Below are positions 56,653 through 64,000 of a stretch of DNA of 64,000 bases, piece after piece (position 1 is the first letter of the stretch; each line of letters opens with the position of its first letter). This DNA is from an uncultured Eubacteriales bacterium (GTDB lineage: Bacteria > Bacillota > Clostridia > Christensenellales > Aristaeellaceae). The stretch covers positions 12,481-76,480 of the forward strand of contig CAOKFD010000003.1 of assembly GCA_948467645.1 (NCBI GenBank), given 5' to 3'. The position numbers and the translations under genes were made by a program. The notes beneath the pieces were generated by a model. The model did not search any database, had not been told where the DNA came from, and saw only the letters and a list, made by a program, of their open reading frames with translations.

Positions 56653-57852
56653 TTAATTATTCTGCGCGCGAAGTTCGGCCACGCGGTCGAGTATGCCGTC
56701 GGCCACCTCGCGCTTGGTCATCATGGGCAGTTCCTTCATGCCCTCGCCATCTATCAGCGTGACTATATTTGTGTCCACGTCGAAGCCCGCGCCCGCGCGC
56801 GTCACGTCGTTGGCCACGATCAGGTCGAGCGACTTGCGTTTAAGCTTGCCCTGAGCGTTTTCGATTACGTTATTGGTTTCTGCGGCGAAGCCAACCAGCG
56901 TTTGGCCGGGGTGCTTGCGCGCGCCCAGCGCGGCGGCTATGTCGGGGTTAGGCACAAGTTCGATCATGAGCGAATCGCCTGTGCGCTTGATTTTAGTCGG
57001 GCTGATTTCGCGCGCGCGATAGTCGGCGGGCGCGGCGGCCTGAATAACCACATCCGCGTCCGCATGGCCGAGAACCGCGTCGTAAAGCTCTTGCGTCGTG
57101 CCTATGCGCACTAAGTCCACGCCCTTGGGGGGCTGGATGGCCGTGGGGCCGCTTATCAGCGTGACGTGCGCGCCGCGCGCATGGGCGGCCTCGGCGATGG
57201 CATAGCCCATCTTGCCCGAGGAGCGGTTGGTTATATAGCGCACCGGGTCGAGCGGCTCCGCAGTGGGGCCGGCCGTTACAACGACGCTAAGCCCCGCGAA
57301 ATCCTCGCGAGGCCGGAGCGTGCGCACTATTTCGTCAACGATCTGACTGGGTTCGCTCATGCGGCCCGCGCCGCTGGTCCCGCACGCCAGCATACCCGTG
57401 CCGGGCGCGATGAAGCGCATTCCGCGCTCCGAAAGCGTCCGCATATTCTGCTGGGTAGCGGCGTTTTCAAGCATAGCGGTGTTCATCGCGGGCGCGATGA
57501 GCACCGGCGCGTGCGTCGCCATTACCGTAGTGGACAGCATATCGTCCGCGATACCGCAGGCGAGCTTTCCTATTATATTAGCCGTGGCGGGCGCTATCAC
57601 GAATACGTCGGCGCGCTGAGCCAGGGCGATATGCTCTATCTCCCAGGTCTGAATGTTTGCAAACGTGTCTACGCTCACCGGGTTATGGCTGAGCGACTGA
57701 AACGTTAGCGGGCTGACAAACTCGGTGGCATTCTTAGTCATTATCACGCGCACGTCGGCGTGAAGCTTTTTCAGTCTCGACACCACTTCGCACGTCTTAT
57801 AAGCCGCGATGCCTCCCGTCACGCCCACAACTACGCACTTTCCAGAAAGCAT
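56653..57852 (-). CDS. coaBC: bifunctional phosphopantothenoylcysteine decarboxylase / phosphopantothenate-cysteine ligase
   Basis: N-terminal flavoprotein motif VGVTGGIAAYK and a C-terminal CoaB domain, 399 aa. Confidence 0.92.
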   Translation of the reverse strand: MLSGKCVVVGVTGGIAAYKTCEVVSRLKKLHADVRVIMTKNATEFVSPLTFQSLSHNPVSVDTFANIQTWEIEHIALAQRADVFVIAPATANIIGKLACGIADDMLSTTVMATHAPVLIAPAMNTAMLENAATQQNMRTLSERGMRFIAPGTGMLACGTSGAGRMSEPSQIVDEIVRTLRPREDFAGLSVVVTAGPTAEPLDPVRYITNRSSGKMGYAIAEAAHARGAHVTLISGPTAIQPPKGVDLVRIGTTQELYDAVLGHADADVVIQAAAPADYRAREISPTKIKRTGDSLMIELVPNPDIAAALGARKHPGQTLVGFAAETNNVIENAQGKLKRKSLDLIVANDVTRAGAGFDVDTNIVTLIDGEGMKELPMMTKREVADGILDRVAELRAQNN

Positions 57853-57867
57853 GTGACTGTCCTCCGA

Positions 57868-58152
57868 TTATTGATTCTGGTTCTGCTCCTGGGCCTCTTC
57901 TTCCCGCTCTTCCTGTTCCTTCATCTGCTTCTCGTCTTTTTCGATCAGCTCGTCCATATTGCGGGAATAGCTTACAAGGCCGCGATGGATTTCATCAATG
58001 GCGATAACGATGGGCTTGGTCTCCTTGGTATCGATAAGGGGCTGGGAGCCGCCTACCAGAGCGCGGGCGCGCTTTGCAGTCTCGACAACCAGAGTGTAGC
58101 GGCAATCTACCTTTTCAAGCATTTCAGCGATCGGCGGTTTGGTCATGGGCAT
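57868..58152 (-). CDS. rpoZ: DNA-directed RNA polymerase subunit omega
   Basis: RYTLVVETAKRAR core motif. The position between gmk and coaBC matches other Firmicutes. It has a charged C-terminal tail. Confidence 0.85.
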   Translation of the reverse strand: MPMTKPPIAEMLEKVDCRYTLVVETAKRARALVGGSQPLIDTKETKPIVIAIDEIHRGLVSYSRNMDELIEKDEKQMKEQEEREEEAQEQNQNQ

Positions 58153-58263
58153 AAGTCAATTCCTCCTATATTCAGCGGCGCAATGGCCGCGGTGCTTGCG
58201 ATGTTGTTTTTTCAATTGCAGCCCAGTACGGGCTACGCGTATCGGTTTAGTCAGATGTAATTG

Positions 58264-58863
58264 TCAGTCGTCCATAGCGATCTGCGCCCCGCGCGAAACC
58301 TTGCAGCTTTCGGCAGTAAGTATGGCCTCGACCTTGCTTACCGCGCGGTCAACCTCGTCGTTCACGACGCAGTACTGATATTCCTTGGTCATGAACAATT
58401 CCAGTTCAGCATTGCGCAGTCTGAGCGATATTGCCTCGGGCGTTTCAGTGGCGCGCTTTATAAGGCGGTTGCGCAGTTCGGCGCGGTTGGGCGGCAGTAT
58501 GAATATGGTCACCGCGTCGGGATAGGCCTTCATGGCCTGTATAGAGCCCTGCACGTCGATTTCAAGCAGCACATCGTAGCCCTGCTCCAACTGCTCCACC
58601 ACATAGGCCAGCGGCGTGCCGTACTGGTTGCCGTGCACGTAGGCGTGCTCCAGCATTTCGCCGTGTGCGGCCATCTCGTTAAAGCGTTCCTCGCTTACGT
58701 AGAAGTAGTCCACGCCCTCGGTCTCACCATTGCGGCGCGCGCGCGTGGTCATAGATATGGATTCGCGTATCTGAGGATTGCGGGCGCGCAGTTCCGCGCA
58801 TATGGTGCCCTTGCCCACGCCGGACGGGCCGGATACGATGATAAGCATACCCTTTCTTTGCAT
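58264..58863 (-). CDS. gmk: guanylate kinase
   Basis: SGPSGVGKGT P-loop. I prefer the ATG at 58863 (MQRKGMLIIVSGPSG). The track ORF is over-extended to 59016. Confidence 0.92.
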   Translation of the reverse strand: MQRKGMLIIVSGPSGVGKGTICAELRARNPQIRESISMTTRARRNGETEGVDYFYVSEERFNEMAAHGEMLEHAYVHGNQYGTPLAYVVEQLEQGYDVLLEIDVQGSIQAMKAYPDAVTIFILPPNRAELRNRLIKRATETPEAISLRLRNAELELFMTKEYQYCVVNDEVDRAVSKVEAILTAESCKVSRGAQIAMDD

Positions 58864-58885
58864 ACAAACACGCTCCTTACGTATA

Positions 58886-59200
58886 TTACTCCTGTTCGCC
58901 GCCCACGTCGCCGATCGGATCGTCGGGCGCGTCGTCGGCGTCGCCCATGTCCACATCGGACTGGGCGTCCAGTCTGTGCGCAAGTGTCTCGGGCTGCATC
59001 GCGCACAGCACGACATGCTCGGAATCGGTAATCACGACCGCGCGCGTGCGGCGGCCATATGTCGCGTCGATCAGCATCGACCGCTCCTGCGCGTCGCGAA
59101 TCATGCGCTTTATGGGCGCGGAATCGGGCGCAACCAGCGCCACGACGCGCGCCGCGGACACGTAATTGCCATAACCAATGTTAATCAGCTTATCGCCCAC
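58886..59200 (-). CDS. remA: RemA/DUF370 family regulator
   Basis: [30 protein letters not shown]...[18 protein letters not shown] start at 59200, 7 nt after GGGAGG. It has an acidic C-terminal tail. Confidence 0.85.
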   Translation of the reverse strand: MGDKLINIGYGNYVSAARVVALVAPDSAPIKRMIRDAQERSMLIDATYGRRTRAVVITDSEHVVLCAMQPETLAHRLDAQSDVDMGDADDAPDDPIGDVGGEQE

Positions 59201-59216
59201 GCTGCCGCCTCCCGGA

Positions 59217-60092
59217 TTATTCGATATTCTGTATCTGTTCGCGAATCTTTTCCAGCTCGGCCTTCGCATCCACCACCATGCCGGTAAGTATCAGATCGCT
59301 CGACTTGGAGCCGGTGGTGTTGACCTCGCGGTTCATCTCCTGTACAAGGAAGTCCAGCTTGCGGCCCGCAGGTTCGCTTTGCTTCAGCAGATCGCGCATC
59401 TGCGCAATATGGCTGCGCAGGCGCACGGTTTCCTCGTCCACGGCGGCCTTGTCCGCGGCCAGCGCCACTTCCTGTGTCAGCCGCGCCTCGTCCAACTGCA
59501 TCTGGCAGATTTCCTCTATGCGCGCGCGCAAACGCTGGCGGTATTCTTCCAGCCATTGCGGGGCGCGCTCGTCTATCGCGTGCGCGGTGCGTTCCAGCGT
59601 GTCAAGGCGCGTTTCCACGTCGCCGCGCATGGCCTCGCCCTCGCGGCGGCGCATGGCGCACAGGCTGTCGAGCGCGGTATCGAGTGCGCTCAGCGTAAGT
59701 GCGCTTAGCGCCTGCTGATCTTCATCGGCCTCCTCGACGGTAAGCACGTCCTGCATACTCAGCACGTCGCGCAGGCGCAGGTTGTCGTCCAGCATGTGAT
59801 CTATGCCGCCCTGCCGGAGCGTAGTCAGGTATTCGCCCAGCAGCGCGCTGTCCAGCGTAACCTTGCGCGCGTCGTCGCGCGAATTTTTGTACGTAACGAA
59901 TATATCGACATGGCCGCGCGCCAGCTTGTTTGAAATGTGCGCGCGCATATCGTTTTCAAGAAACGCGAAGCTGCGCGGCATTCTGAACGCGAGATCCAAA
60001 AATCTGTGATTGACCGATTTAAGCTCGATCGTCACTTCGCGCCCGTCCTGCGCCAGTGTGCAGCGACCGTAGCCCGTCATGCTCTGCGGCAT
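59217..60092 (-). CDS. yicC: YicC/YloC family endoribonuclease
   Basis: SMTGYGR and [12 protein letters not shown]-terminal motifs, and a C-terminal DUF1732-like [10 protein letters not shown]. Confidence 0.9.
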   Translation of the reverse strand: MPQSMTGYGRCTLAQDGREVTIELKSVNHRFLDLAFRMPRSFAFLENDMRAHISNKLARGHVDIFVTYKNSRDDARKVTLDSALLGEYLTTLRQGGIDHMLDDNLRLRDVLSMQDVLTVEEADEDQQALSALTLSALDTALDSLCAMRRREGEAMRGDVETRLDTLERTAHAIDERAPQWLEEYRQRLRARIEEICQMQLDEARLTQEVALAADKAAVDEETVRLRSHIAQMRDLLKQSEPAGRKLDFLVQEMNREVNTTGSKSSDLILTGMVVDAKAELEKIREQIQNIE

Positions 60093-60191
60093 TGTGCCAC
60101 CTTCCCCTCGCCCGCGTATAAACGCTGTATTTCTGAACTAATATTATACCACAAATCTCGCCGTCATGCACGTGAACTTTATTGAAAGGCT

Positions 60192-64000
<3,809 letters not shown>

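Overview
By eye this is a GC-rich, gene-dense bacterial window with Firmicutes/Clostridia-type organisation. That placement is an inference from gene order and SD-type ribosome-binding sites. Positions 46.1-64 kb, all on the minus strand, hold the classic Firmicute housekeeping block: pcrA-ligA-yicC-remA-gmk-rpoZ-coaBC-priA-def-fmt-rsmB-rlmN-stp-prkC-rsgA-rpe. Many of these genes have overlapping start and stop codons. Positions 0-46 kb are accessory. They contain:
- three cytoplasmic glycosidases (GH27, GH36, GH116);
- a MurNAc recycling cluster (DUF4392-murQ-BadF-type kinase);
- MATE and YitT membrane proteins;
- an orphan URO-D/MtaA-like methyltransferase;
- a divergent 7TM-sensor histidine kinase / LytTR regulator pair;
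- orphan beta and gamma subunits of a Na+-translocating decarboxylase;
- a decayed sensor-kinase/solute-binding-protein fusion remnant;
- a six-gene MacB/FtsX-type ABC system with three tandem HlyD-type adaptor lipoproteins and two different ATPases, one with an AbrB/SpoVT-like tail;
- a tandem-OB SSB-like gene and a NodB deacetylase;
- araB and an extended RpiB-like isomerase;
- a six-gene operon joining an NMT1-type ABC importer to a polyferredoxin-TlpA fusion and a CXXC-tailed membrane protein.

Two non-coding repeat families are visible directly in the sequence. One is a collinear element of about 330 bp sitting just 3' of two unrelated operons (about 7.24 kb and 33.19 kb). The other is a MITE-like element of 143/164 bp with 18-bp terminal inverted repeats, whose two copies bracket the deacetylase gene. 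I found no rRNA, tRNA, CRISPR array, integrase or transposase. Most long ORFs in the track that lie antisense to the called genes are GC-driven shadow ORFs.
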